Assembly: GCA_964291625.2 (NCBI GenBank)
Contig: OZ220089.1
Location: forward strand, 1,472,001 to 1,536,000
Direction: 5' to 3'
DNA length: 64,000 nucleotides
Origin: Candidatus Latescibacterota bacterium
GTDB taxonomy: Bacteria; Latescibacterota; UBA2968; UBA8231
The notes below the pieces were generated by a model. That model saw nothing but the letters and a program-made list of their open reading frames with translations, did not search any database and was not told the DNA's origin. The translations under genes were made by a program, and so were the position numbers. Below, piece after piece: positions 19,167-28,882 of this stretch; position 1 is the first letter of the stretch; each line of letters opens with the position of its first letter.

Positions 19167-19261
19167 GGGCCGCGGGCTATTGGCGACCCGGTCGCCTGCG
19201 GCGAGCCGAGCGATAGAAAACCGCGAGCCTTCGGTCGCGGCTACCGCACGTTGACGAGCGT

Positions 19262-21340
19262 TCACCGGGTCGCGCCCCCGGCCGCGGCTCCCATCACCTC
19301 GCGCCGCGCCAGGTTCGCCTCCACCTCGGCGCGGGTGCGCCACACCGGCCGCAGCTCCTGCCGCGCCATCAGCTCCAACTGGTCCCCCACGTGCGGCGAC
19401 CCCGGCTGGCTGGCGTTGCCGTAGCCCAGCAGCGTCCGGGCCCGCACCGGGTCGCCGAACTCCACCACGGCCACGAAGGAGTCGCCGCCGCGCGCCCAGG
19501 AGCGGCCGTCCGGCCCCCGGCGGAACCAGATGGTGCGGAATCCGCGGCCGCCGCTGGCCGGCAGGTCCCGGTCCCCGAGGCGCAGGCGGTGGACCTCGCC
19601 CCAGGCGACGTCGAGGGCCCCGTGGACATCGATCACCTGCACGGCCGCCATCTCCAGGGCCGCCACCGCGGCCTCGGGATCGGCCAGTCCGGAGGGCGTG
19701 CCCAGGGGGTCGTCCACCCGCCAGGGGGTGAGGAAGGGGCGGCCTCCCGTCTGGGCGAACCACGCGTCGAACAGAACCGCGCCGCGGCTGTCCGCGTCCA
19801 CTCGCCGGTCCCACGCCGCCAGCACCGCCGCGGCGGGCTTTACCGCGTCGCCGCCGTGCTCCACCACGGCCCGCAGCAGGTCGTCGAGGACGCGGTCGGC
19901 CGCCTCGCGGCGGGTCGAGTGCTTGTAGGCGATCAGCTCCTCGAAGGTGATCGACTCGTCCTCGCTCAGCATGCGCACCGACCGCTGTTGCCGGAACCCC
20001 AGGCGGGGGGCCGGCGCCAGGTAGGGCGGGAAGTCCGCCGGGTCGAGCAGGGAGGGCACCGTCGCCGTCCACGGCGGGTCGTTGGCGTTCTGCAGCCAGC
20101 CGCCGGGCGGGTCGAGCAGGCGCGGCAGCTCGTCGTAGTCGTGGCACTCCGTCCACAGGGTGGCCGAGGTGTTCCCCGGGACCAGGCCCTGCCACCAGGC
20201 CCGGTCCCCGTGGGGCCGGCGCGGGGTGCAGCCGCCGAAGAGATAGAGGACGTGGCCGTCGCGGTCGGCGTAGAGGACGTTGAAGAAGGGCATCTGCAGG
20301 CGCCGCAGGGCCGCCTCGAACTCCTCCAGCGAGGTGGCCCGGACCATCTCCCAGTACTGCTCCATGAGGTAGGGGCGGTCGAGGCCCGCCAGGCGCAGGG
20401 CGACCGCCCGGTCCTGCTTCCGGGCGAGGACGGGTCCGTGGACTGAGCGCAGTAACGTCAGGGGCACCGCCGCCAGCGTGCCGTCCTCCTGCCGCACGCG
20501 CAGGGTGTCCAGGCTCTGCTCGAAGGCCCGCACGCCGCCGTCCCAGCGGTAGCCGCCTTCCACCAGCTCAAGCTCGTAGAGGTCGGCGCCGTCCATGGGG
20601 TTGTTGGTGTGGGTCCAGCCGAGGTAGTCGTTGAAGGCGATGCCGAGCAGCGGAAAGCCGACCAGGGCGGCCCCGTACGCGTCCACCCCCGGCGCCCGCA
20701 GCTGCGCCTCGAACCAGGTCGTCATGCCGCCCCAGGGCAGGTGCGGGTTGGCCAGCAGCATGGCATGGCCGCTGGCCGAGCGGGAGGGCGCCACGGCCCA
20801 GGCGTTGGAGCCGGCTCCCTGCCAGCTCATCGCCGCCCGGGGCTGGCCGCCGGCGACGAAGGAGAGGTGGATCACCCGCTGCACGTGGGCGACGATGTCC
20901 TCGGGCCCCACCGGCAGCACCTGCCGCCGGCCGGCGTCGAGCCGCTCCGGCCAGGCCCGGGCGTAGTCGTTGATGCCGGCGGCGAAGGCGTCGAGGCCGG
21001 CGCGCATCGGGGGGCCCTGGGCCGCGTACCAGTCGCGGGCCCGGGCGGGCACCCCCATGGCGCGGACGTACCGGTCCCCTTCCAGATGGCCGGGCCCCCA
21101 GTACTCGGCGGCCCGTCCCCGCGCCTGCCCGTAGAGCTCCAGCAGCAGGTCGCCGTGGGCGGCCATCTGGGCCCAGCCGAAGGCGTGGAACAGCCCCGGC
21201 GCGTCGGCGGCGAAGATGTGGGGCACGCCCCAGGTGTCCCACAGGATCTCGGCCGGCGCCGACTCCGAGGGCTTTGCCGCCGGCGCCGGTCCGCAGCCGC
21301 CGATGGCCAGGGTCAGGAGGATCAGCAGGACGAACCTCAT
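19262..21340 (-). CDS. penicillin/AHL acylase family Ntn hydrolase (S45), lipoprotein
   Basis: MRFVLLILLTLAIGGC lipobox-like start; WDTWGVPHI; GSNAWAVAPSRSASGHAMLLANPH; QNANDPPW. Confidence 0.9.
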   Translation of the reverse strand: MRFVLLILLTLAIGGCGPAPAAKPSESAPAEILWDTWGVPHIFAADAPGLFHAFGWAQMAAHGDLLLELYGQARGRAAEYWGPGHLEGDRYVRAMGVPARARDWYAAQGPPMRAGLDAFAAGINDYARAWPERLDAGRRQVLPVGPEDIVAHVQRVIHLSFVAGGQPRAAMSWQGAGSNAWAVAPSRSASGHAMLLANPHLPWGGMTTWFEAQLRAPGVDAYGAALVGFPLLGIAFNDYLGWTHTNNPMDGADLYELELVEGGYRWDGGVRAFEQSLDTLRVRQEDGTLAAVPLTLLRSVHGPVLARKQDRAVALRLAGLDRPYLMEQYWEMVRATSLEEFEAALRRLQMPFFNVLYADRDGHVLYLFGGCTPRRPHGDRAWWQGLVPGNTSATLWTECHDYDELPRLLDPPGGWLQNANDPPWTATVPSLLDPADFPPYLAPAPRLGFRQQRSVRMLSEDESITFEELIAYKHSTRREAADRVLDDLLRAVVEHGGDAVKPAAAVLAAWDRRVDADSRGAVLFDAWFAQTGGRPFLTPWRVDDPLGTPSGLADPEAAVAALEMAAVQVIDVHGALDVAWGEVHRLRLGDRDLPASGGRGFRTIWFRRGPDGRSWARGGDSFVAVVEFGDPVRARTLLGYGNASQPGSPHVGDQLELMARQELRPVWRTRAEVEANLARREVMGAAAGGATR

Positions 21341-21475
21341 CGCAGGTCTCCCGGTTGCGGCGAGGTCTGCCTTCCGCTGGGCCGGCCCTGGCCGCCTTGT
21401 GGGCCAACTCGCCGTGCGGGTCGATCTCGCGCCCACGCTGATGCCCTGCCGGGGCGCATCGCGCTCCGCTCAGGC

Positions 21476-22807
21476 TCAGTCCCCGCCGTCATCCAGCTCG
21501 GCCAGACGGCGGCGCTGCCCCGCCAGGTCGACGCCCAAGGCGAGGAAGACGACGACGGCGGTCAAGGCGGCCGGGACGAGGAACAGGTTCGGGTAGGAGA
21601 GAACGGCCTCCAGGGGCCCCAGCAACGCGTTGCCCGACGACGTCCCCATGTTGGAGATCGCCATGTACAGGGAGAACTGGGTGGCGCCCACCCGCTGCCA
21701 GCAGATGGCCATCATCAGCGACAGGAAGGCGATGATGACGAGCACGTCGATCAGCAGGTAGCCGGCGATGTAGGCCTGGGCCGGCAGCTCGTGCTCCCAC
21801 AGCTCGGGCATCAGGCCCATGGCCACCGAGCCCAGGCCGAGCAGGGCGGCGCCGACGGCGATCGTGCGCTGCCGGCCGAGGACCTCGATCAGCATCCAGC
21901 CCGTGAGCGCGCCGGTGATGGCGGAGGCGAAGCCGGCGGTGGCGTTGAGCCCGGAGTACTCGGTGTGGTCCCACCCCAGCTCCTGCACGGTGAACACCGG
22001 CAGCAGGGCGTCGAGGAATCCGGTCCCCAGGCTGAAGAGGAACATGCAGGCCGCCGCCCGCAGGCTGACGGGCCACACGACGACCTTCAGCAGGCTCCGT
22101 CCGATGTCCCGCCAGCCCTCCAGCTGCAGGTGGCGGGCGATCTCCGACGCCTGCCCCCGGGTCCACGGCAGCAGGCGCTCGCCCGGGCGCTCCCGGAGCA
22201 GCAGGGGCACGAGCATCACCACGCCCACCGCCGCGGTGTGGGCCACCATGGCGCCCGCCAGGCCGTAGCCGTCCAGCAGCAAGGAGCCGCCGTAGACGGC
22301 CCCGGACTTGCCCAGGGCCTTGCCGCCCCACATGAAGCTGTTGGCCCGCGGTTGCTCGTCCACCGGGACGATCTCGATCGCCATGCCGTCGGTGGCCACG
22401 TCCTGGAAGGCGGTGAAGAAGTTGATGGCGAAGCCGCAGGCCGTGAGCAGGGCGAGATGCTCGAGCGGATCGGGCACCAGGGCCAGGGCCAGCGAGGTGC
22501 CGATCATCCCCGCCTGGGCGGCCAGCACCCACGGACGGCGGCGGCCCATGGCCAGAAAAGTCCAGCGGTCCATGATGGGGCCGTTGATCAGCTTCAGGCT
22601 CCAGGGCAGCAGGATGATGGCCATGTACGAGCCGATCTGCGCCGGGCTGAGTCCCTGCTGGGCCATGTAGGCCGGCACGGCGACGGAGAGCAGACCGTAG
22701 GGGAATCCCTGGGCGGCGTAGAGAAGGGTGAGGGCCGCGTAGCGGAGCAGGCTGTGCTCGGAGAGCACCGCACCCGGGGCGGCTCGTGCCAGAGTCTGAC
22801 TGGTCAC
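21476..22807 (-). CDS. MFS transporter, AmpG-like
   Basis: LYAAQGFPYG, LPWSLKLINGPIMDR, GRRRPW, QDVATDG, GATQFSLYMAISN. Confidence 0.88.
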   Translation of the reverse strand: MTSQTLARAAPGAVLSEHSLLRYAALTLLYAAQGFPYGLLSVAVPAYMAQQGLSPAQIGSYMAIILLPWSLKLINGPIMDRWTFLAMGRRRPWVLAAQAGMIGTSLALALVPDPLEHLALLTACGFAINFFTAFQDVATDGMAIEIVPVDEQPRANSFMWGGKALGKSGAVYGGSLLLDGYGLAGAMVAHTAAVGVVMLVPLLLRERPGERLLPWTRGQASEIARHLQLEGWRDIGRSLLKVVVWPVSLRAAACMFLFSLGTGFLDALLPVFTVQELGWDHTEYSGLNATAGFASAITGALTGWMLIEVLGRQRTIAVGAALLGLGSVAMGLMPELWEHELPAQAYIAGYLLIDVLVIIAFLSLMMAICWQRVGATQFSLYMAISNMGTSSGNALLGPLEAVLSYPNLFLVPAALTAVVVFLALGVDLAGQRRRLAELDDGGD

Positions 22808-23647
22808 CTAGACCGCCGTGTTCGCCTCGTCGCGGTACTGGTTGATGCCGGGGACCTCGCTCATGCCGTGCCAGACGCCGCGGAACAGGGTCTGGCGCTT
22901 CGGCGGCATGGCGGCGATCACCTCCGGCGCCGGCCGTCCCTTGCCCCACTTGGCGTTCACCGTGTTGTAGCAGGTGAACAGGCTCAGCCGCGGGTTGGCG
23001 CCCGTCCACCGGGTCCCCGAGTGGCACAGGGCCTCGGTGAAGATCAGGGCCGATCCCGCGGGACAGCCGTAGGTCTCCCACACGGGGCTGTCCCGTCCGC
23101 TCAGCCCCTCGGGCCGCGGGAAGGCCGTCTTGTGGCTGCCCGACAGGAGCAGGGTGCCGCCCCCGCCGTGGACGACCTCGTTCAGCTCCCACACGACCCG
23201 CGTGAGCCCGGCATGCACCTTGCCGGGCAGCATCTGGTAGATGTGGGAGTTGCCCTCGAAGTTGAAGTAGCCGCCGCCCCCGTGGGGGTTGAAGTTGTCG
23301 TGGCCCTTCTCGCGGAAGCTGGTGTAGGTGTGGTCGTAGCGGAAGCCGTAGCAGTCGGCCGTGGCCAGGGCTTGGTGCGACAGGATCTCGTTGAGGACGC
23401 CCACCACGGCCGGATGGTCCACCAGCACCTGCGACGGGCCTCCGTGGTTGTCCCGCTCCTCGGGCGGCAGCGACTCCCGGTCCTTCAGGAACCGCATCTG
23501 GTGCTCCCGGATCGGACCGAGCTGCTCCGCCGTCAGCAGCGACGGCAGCAGCAGCCACCCCTTCAGGTCGAAGAAGTAGCGCTGCTCGTCGGTCATGGGC
23601 ACCACGGGCAGGCCGTCGGCGTTCGTGTCCGGCAGAAGCCCCGTCAT
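22808..23647 (-). CDS. phytanoyl-CoA dioxygenase (PhyH)-family Fe/2OG enzyme with HxG motif
   Basis: YFFDLKGW, PHGGG, LLSGSHK, PAGSALIFTEALCHSG, R of 2OG site. Confidence 0.8.
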   Translation of the reverse strand: MTGLLPDTNADGLPVVPMTDEQRYFFDLKGWLLLPSLLTAEQLGPIREHQMRFLKDRESLPPEERDNHGGPSQVLVDHPAVVGVLNEILSHQALATADCYGFRYDHTYTSFREKGHDNFNPHGGGGYFNFEGNSHIYQMLPGKVHAGLTRVVWELNEVVHGGGGTLLLSGSHKTAFPRPEGLSGRDSPVWETYGCPAGSALIFTEALCHSGTRWTGANPRLSLFTCYNTVNAKWGKGRPAPEVIAAMPPKRQTLFRGVWHGMSEVPGINQYRDEANTAV

Positions 23648-23669
23648 CCCTCGTCTCCCGTCAACTGTA

Positions 23670-23879
23670 TCAGGTTACTCCATGGATGGTTCTCACGTCC
23701 CGCTGGAGATCCTCTAGGTCGTACTGGACCGGCACCTTCCTGGCGCGAGCGTAGTCCATCATCTCCCACAGGGACACCCCGGCCTCGCGTGCCGCTCGTG
23801 CAAGGGTGAGCTTCCCATCCTCCCATTCACGGAGCAGCTCCAAGGGGAGCCGGGTCCCCACCATCCGGTCCTTCTTCAT
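23670..23879 (-). pseudogene. UPF0175-family antitoxin-like gene, internally deleted
   Basis: MKKDRMVGTRLPLEL (RHH start) joined directly to GKLTLARAAREAGVSLWEMMDY...YDLEDLQRD. Confidence 0.55.
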
Positions 23880-24095
23880 CTGTCGGTCTCCGGGCAAGTC
23901 TCAGGATTTCCGCAACGACGGCTGCGCTGCTCGTCGCGGCGCCGGACGCAACGCCGGGTCGGCCTCGTCGGCGAACCAGGGGTGGTGGGCAAGGTGAAGG
24001 GAGGACCGCAGGCCCTCGGGTGGGTTGGCGTCCGCGCGGTCAGGGGAGCGGAGAAGTCGTCCCCGAGGCGCGCCGGCACCTGCTATCCAGCGGTC

Positions 24096-24347
24096 CTACT
24101 GCGTCGCCTCCCGAGACCGTCCGAACAGCGCCTCCCGCAGTCCGTCGAGGACACCCTCGAGGCGCGCCATTCGCTGCTCCAGGGAGTCGAGACGGCTCTC
24201 CATGCCGTCAAGGCGGGTCTCCAGGCGATCCAGCCGTGCATCCAGGCGGTGTATCTCCTCCCGCAGGCTGCGAAGGCTGGCCAAGTGCAGCGCCGCCAGG
24301 GCGACGCCGACGCTCAGGATGCCGATCAACTCAGGGCTCATTGTCAC
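24096..24347 (-). CDS. small TM + coiled-coil protein (DUF1640/CCDC90-like)
   Basis: GGAGG RBS; MSPELIGILSVGVALAAL then heptads RLDARLDRLETRLDGMESRLDSLEQRMARLEG. Confidence 0.75.
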   Translation of the reverse strand: MTMSPELIGILSVGVALAALHLASLRSLREEIHRLDARLDRLETRLDGMESRLDSLEQRMARLEGVLDGLREALFGRSREATQ

Positions 24348-24451
24348 TCGTCCCTCCTCGGGGCGAGGAATATACCGAGCAGAGGGGACCCGAGACAGCG
24401 GAGGGACCCGAGAGTGCCTGGCAACTCATGCCGATCTGCTGGCGACCACCA

Positions 24452-25285
24452 TCAGCCTCGCGAGGGCTCGCCCCGCTCCCGGCGCGCCTGCGCCGACAGC
24501 TCCGGCAGGTGGTCCTGGTTGGCCAGGGGCTGCTCCAGGTGGCGCATGCGCTCGGGGGTGGCCGTGTCGACCATGGCCGGCCCGTAGACCGAGTCGGTGA
24601 GGAAGCGGGAGAAGTTGGCCACCTCCCGGCGCATGATCGGCAGCTCCTCCTCGGTGTGGCGCCGGGTGCAGTTCAGTGTGAACATCCGCCGCCGGTCGCC
24701 GCCGCCCCAGGCCGAGTGCTTGGTCCCCTGGTGGAAGACGACGACGTCGCCGGGCGACGTCTCCACCGCCACCGCCGGCACCCGGTCGCCGGAGACGCCC
24801 CAGGTCTCCTCGGACTCGCGGACGCCCGCCTGCAGCGCCTCGGCGTAGCCCTCGCCGTAGCGGTGGCTGCCCGGGATCACGCGGATGGCGCCGCTGTCGC
24901 GCGTCAGCCGGTCGAGGTAGAAGGCGATCTTGTAGTAGACGATGGGGCGCGGCCAGCCGCCGTCGGAGTGCCAGCCCGTGTCCCCCACGTAGTAGTTGCC
25001 GTCGCTGCCGAGGTAGACGTAGTCGTCCCCCAGCAGGCTGCCCAGGATGCCGTCGATGCGCGGGTCGTCGAGCAGGCTGGAGAGGTACTCGCTCTGCCCA
25101 GCGAAGGGCACGATGCAGGAACGCGCCGTGCCGTCGTGGGGCCGGCCGTCGTGGCCGCCGCCGTGTCCCGCCCAGATCTCCTCGAAGGCGTCGATGACGG
25201 CCTCGATGCGGTCCTCGATGAGGCCGGGGAAGTGGAGGTACCCGAAGGTCTCCATGAAGTTGAGCTGCTGCTGTGTCAGGCGCAT
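24452..25285 (-). CDS. PhyH-family dioxygenase
   Basis: MRLTQQQLNFMETFGYL; WHSD; VIPGSH; PGDVVVFHQGTKH. Confidence 0.88.
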   Translation of the reverse strand: MRLTQQQLNFMETFGYLHFPGLIEDRIEAVIDAFEEIWAGHGGGHDGRPHDGTARSCIVPFAGQSEYLSSLLDDPRIDGILGSLLGDDYVYLGSDGNYYVGDTGWHSDGGWPRPIVYYKIAFYLDRLTRDSGAIRVIPGSHRYGEGYAEALQAGVRESEETWGVSGDRVPAVAVETSPGDVVVFHQGTKHSAWGGGDRRRMFTLNCTRRHTEEELPIMRREVANFSRFLTDSVYGPAMVDTATPERMRHLEQPLANQDHLPELSAQARRERGEPSRG

Positions 25286-25296
25286 GGGGTTCTCCT

Positions 25297-26052
25297 TCAG
25301 CTTTCGTAGGCTTCGTCCCGGGTGCGGGCCTGCCGGCCCGTGCACAGGGCCCGCATCTCCGCCGGCATGCGCGCGAACGTCTCCGGCCAGACCGGCTGGT
25401 GGTTGTTCTCGACCCAGTTGTTGAACCACCTCGGGTAGTAGGCCACGTTGAGGCCGACGCGCACGCTGGAGCCGGAGTTGGAGCGGGCCATGTGGTAGGC
25501 GCCGCCGTGCCACATGAGCAGGCTGCCGGCGGTGCCGGTGACGGTGCGCACGAGGGGGCCGTCCACGTCGAGATCGGGCGGCGGCGACCGCAGGCCGGAA
25601 CGGTGGCTCATGGGCACCACGCCGGTGGCGCCGTTGTCGGTGGTGAAGTCGGTGAGCATCCAGATGGAGTTGATCATCCAGGGCACCCCGGGCAGCTCGT
25701 GGAAGTGCCCGGCCGAGTCGACGTGCAGGGGCTGGTGGGGGGCGCCGGGCCAGGTCGGCTTGGAGCACGCCTCCACCACGCGGCAGCGGGGCCCGAGGAA
25801 GTGCCGGGCCACGGCCACGGCCGCCGGGTGGAAGGCCAGTTGCCAGGTGCGGTCGTCGAGGTTGAGCATGCCGAAGAGGGTCTGGTAGTGCTCGTCGCCG
25901 ACGACGAAGGGCCGGCAGCGTTCCTCGGCGTGCAGCTCCAGGCAGCGCTCCGCCAGGCCGCGGGCCAGCTCGGCGGGCACGAGGCCGGGGAGCAGGCAGT
26001 AGCCGTAGGTGTCCAGGTGCTCGACGGCTTCGGTGGTGTCCGGCGTGGTCAT
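25297..26052 (-). CDS. PhyH-family dioxygenase
   Basis: QPLHVD; WMLTDFTTDNGATGVVPMSH; AGSLLMWHGGAYH. Confidence 0.88.
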   Translation of the reverse strand: MTTPDTTEAVEHLDTYGYCLLPGLVPAELARGLAERCLELHAEERCRPFVVGDEHYQTLFGMLNLDDRTWQLAFHPAAVAVARHFLGPRCRVVEACSKPTWPGAPHQPLHVDSAGHFHELPGVPWMINSIWMLTDFTTDNGATGVVPMSHRSGLRSPPPDLDVDGPLVRTVTGTAGSLLMWHGGAYHMARSNSGSSVRVGLNVAYYPRWFNNWVENNHQPVWPETFARMPAEMRALCTGRQARTRDEAYES

Positions 26053-26087
26053 GGCGCGAGGGTAGTCAACCGCCCGGGGCGGGGGCA

Positions 26088-26139
26088 AGGGACCGCCCGG
26101 GAGCGCCGCCCTCTTGCACGCTCGGGGCGGAGCGGGTAT
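26088..26139 (+). repeat. degenerate direct repeat of 27855-27905 (promoter region of PhyH 27932), bracketing the BCCT gene
   Basis: AGGGACCGCCCGGGAGCGCCGCCC..TTGC...GGGTAT vs AGGGACCGCCCGAGAGCGCAGCCC.TTGC...GGGTAT. Confidence 0.6.
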
Positions 26140-26223
26140 GGAGGTCGGCGGACAGTTGCGGCAGCCTCCCGGAGGACCGATACCCCGGCGGCGGTCGGAG
26201 GCGCCGACTCAGGCGATGTGGGG

Positions 26224-27789
26224 CTACCGTTCGGCTGACCGCTTGCGCTGCGCGCTCATGCCGCGAACCAGACTGAAGCCGAGCAGCAGCAGCACGACGG
26301 CGAAGGGCAGACCTGTGGTCACCACCGCCGTCTGCAATGCCAGCAGCCCTCCACCCATGAGCAACACGGCGGCGACGACGCCCTCCATGGAAGCCCAGAA
26401 CACCCTCTGGATCCGCGGCGGATCCAGATGGCCGCCGGCGGTGATGATGTCTACGACGAGGGAGGCCGAATCCGAGGAGGTAACGAAGAAGGTGATGACG
26501 ATGCACACCGCGAGCGTCACGGTGAGCGAGGTCAGTGGATAGTGTTCGAGCAGCTGAAAGAGGGCAACCGCCACGTCTTCCTTCACAGCCGCGGCGATGC
26601 CGCCCGCGCCAAAGAGCTCGACGTGCAGTGCCGCATTCCCGAACACGGTCAGCCAGACGCAGGTGGCCAGGGTGGGTACCAGCAGGATGGCACCGACGAA
26701 TTCGCGCACTGTGCGGCCGCGCGACACACGGGCGACGAACATCCCGACAAACGGAGACCAGGCGATCCACCAGGCCCAGTAGAAGAGGGTCCAGCCATGC
26801 TGCCAGCCTGTGTTGCGGTAAGCCTCGGTCCAGAGGCTCAGCCGGGGCAGCTTCTGCATGTAGATGCCGAAGTTCTGCACGAGGGCATCGAGGAGGTAAC
26901 GCGTGGGGCCCGCCGCCACGACGAACAGCAGCAACAGGCAGGCCATGATGACGTTGAGTTGACTCAGGCGTCGGATTCCCCGGTCGACGCCGAGGACCAC
27001 GGAGATCGTCGCCATGGCCGTGATTCCGGCGATCAGACCGACCTGCACCGTCACGCTTTGCGGGATGTCGAAGAGGTAGGCGAACCCGGCGTTGACCTGT
27101 TGCGCACCCAGCCCCAGCGACGTGGCCAGGCCGAAGATCGTCGCCAGCGTCGCCAGAATGTCGATCGCGTCCCCGGCCAGACCGTGGATGTGCTTCCCCA
27201 GCAGCGGGTAGAAAGTGGCGCGCACCGTCAGCGGCAGGCCGCGGTTGTAGGTGAAGTAGGCCAGGGCCAGGGCCATCAGACCGTAGAGACCCCAGGCGTG
27301 AAATCCCCAGTGGAAGAAGGTGATGCCCATGGCCAGGCGGGCGGCCTCGGCCGTATGCGGCTCCCCCCACGGGGGGCTGCCGAAATGGTAGATGGGCTCG
27401 GCGACACTCCAGAACATCAACCCGATGCCCATGCCGGCGCTGAAGAGCATCGACAGCCAGCCCCAGTAACTGAAGTCGGGGCGCGCCTCGTCGCCGCCCA
27501 GACGAATGCGGCCGTGGCGGCTGAACAGGAAGAACAGGACGATGGCCAGATAGACGTTCACACAGAGGACGAAGAACCATCCGGCGCTCGCCGTGATGAA
27601 CTCGAGGACAGCGTCGAAGACCTCGGTCATCCCGCCCAGGTTCAGCAGACTGAAGGCGACGAAGAGAACCACCAGGGCCGCCGCCGCCCAGAAGACGGTC
27701 CGGTTCATCTCGAGACCGAGGCCGTTCTGTCCCCCGGGCTTCGAGGGGTCTGACGGCGAACCGCTGATTCGATCGCCCAACTCGGACAT
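26224..27789 (-). CDS. BCCT family (betaine/choline/carnitine) transporter
   Basis: WLSMLFSAGMGIGLMFW, FFHWGFHAW, WTLFYWAWWIAWSPFVGMFVARVSRGRT, FFVTSSDS. Confidence 0.95.
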   Translation of the reverse strand: MSELGDRISGSPSDPSKPGGQNGLGLEMNRTVFWAAAALVVLFVAFSLLNLGGMTEVFDAVLEFITASAGWFFVLCVNVYLAIVLFFLFSRHGRIRLGGDEARPDFSYWGWLSMLFSAGMGIGLMFWSVAEPIYHFGSPPWGEPHTAEAARLAMGITFFHWGFHAWGLYGLMALALAYFTYNRGLPLTVRATFYPLLGKHIHGLAGDAIDILATLATIFGLATSLGLGAQQVNAGFAYLFDIPQSVTVQVGLIAGITAMATISVVLGVDRGIRRLSQLNVIMACLLLLFVVAAGPTRYLLDALVQNFGIYMQKLPRLSLWTEAYRNTGWQHGWTLFYWAWWIAWSPFVGMFVARVSRGRTVREFVGAILLVPTLATCVWLTVFGNAALHVELFGAGGIAAAVKEDVAVALFQLLEHYPLTSLTVTLAVCIVITFFVTSSDSASLVVDIITAGGHLDPPRIQRVFWASMEGVVAAVLLMGGGLLALQTAVVTTGLPFAVVLLLLGFSLVRGMSAQRKRSAER

Positions 27790-27931
27790 CTCTCAGAATG
27801 TATACACCATCCGATCCGGACACGAGTTGGACCCCCAGGTCCTCGACGGGCACGAGGGACCGCCCGAGAGCGCAGCCCGTTGCCGGCCGGCGCGGGTTGG
27901 GGTATCGTGAGGACGACCGGCAAGACAGCCC

Positions 27932-28882
27932 ATGAGCCTGACACAACCACAGCGGCAGCACTACGACGAGCACGGATACGTCGTGGTCGAGGGCGGACTG
28001 ACCGCCGGCGACCTGGCCCCGGTGATCGCCGCCTACGAGGGCTTCATCGACACCGAGGCGCGCCGCCTGCACGCGGCCGGCGTGCTGCCGCGGCCGTGGG
28101 AGGAGGAGCCCTTCCACCGCCGCCTCGCCCGGATCTGCGAGCACGAGACGAGCATCTACGACCGCATCGACCTGATGTACTGCCGGCTGCGGGGCGTCTT
28201 CCGGTTCCTGCGCAACGGGCGGCTGCTCGACCTCGTGGAGGGGATCGTCGGCCCCGAGATCACCTGCAGCCCCATCCAGCACGCCCGGGCCAAGCTCCCG
28301 GAGTCGGTGCGGCCGGCCGCGGACGACGAGGAGTCCCGCCGCAAGCGGGACGCCATGGTGGGCGAGAACGTGGCTCCCTGGCACCAGGACGCCCAGGTGC
28401 ACCTGGAGGCCGCCGACCCGCACGCCATCGTCACCGTCTGGGTCCCCCTGGTCGACGCCACCCCGGACAACGGCTGCCTGCAGGTGATCCCCGGCGTGCA
28501 CCGGAAGCGCCGCGTCTACTGGGGCGAGGGCTTCGGCGTCAGCGACGAGCACCTGCCCGCGGGCGAGGCCGTCACCCTGCCGATGCGCGCCGGCGACGTG
28601 CTGCTCATGGACAAGCTGATCCCCCACCGCTCCACCCCGAACCGCACCGGCGGCATCCGCTGGAGCCTCGACCTGCGCTACCAGCGCGCCGGCACCCCCA
28701 CCGGCCGCGACGACTACCCGGCCTTCATCGCCCGCAGCCGCGCGTGCCCGGCCTCGGAGCTGACCGACTTCGAGCAGTGGCGCCGCCAGTGGGTGGCGGC
28801 CCTGGAGCGGATCCCCCTGGACCAGCGGCGGCGGCGCCAGGACCGCCCCACCGAGCCGCGGGCGATCGAGATCCGGCCGTGA
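27932..28882 (+). CDS. PhyH-family dioxygenase
   Basis: PWHQDA; WVPLVDATPDNGCLQVIPGVH; IPHRSTPN; RWSLDLRY. Confidence 0.9.
   Translation: MSLTQPQRQHYDEHGYVVVEGGLTAGDLAPVIAAYEGFIDTEARRLHAAGVLPRPWEEEPFHRRLARICEHETSIYDRIDLMYCRLRGVFRFLRNGRLLDLVEGIVGPEITCSPIQHARAKLPESVRPAADDEESRRKRDAMVGENVAPWHQDAQVHLEAADPHAIVTVWVPLVDATPDNGCLQVIPGVHRKRRVYWGEGFGVSDEHLPAGEAVTLPMRAGDVLLMDKLIPHRSTPNRTGGIRWSLDLRYQRAGTPTGRDDYPAFIARSRACPASELTDFEQWRRQWVAALERIPLDQRRRRQDRPTEPRAIEIRP

Noticed and set aside
23645-23905. ~30-bp similarity flanking the UPF0175 relic
   Set aside because: Largely explained by shared GGAGAC RBS plus ATG; too weak to count as a fourth repeat-bounded insertion
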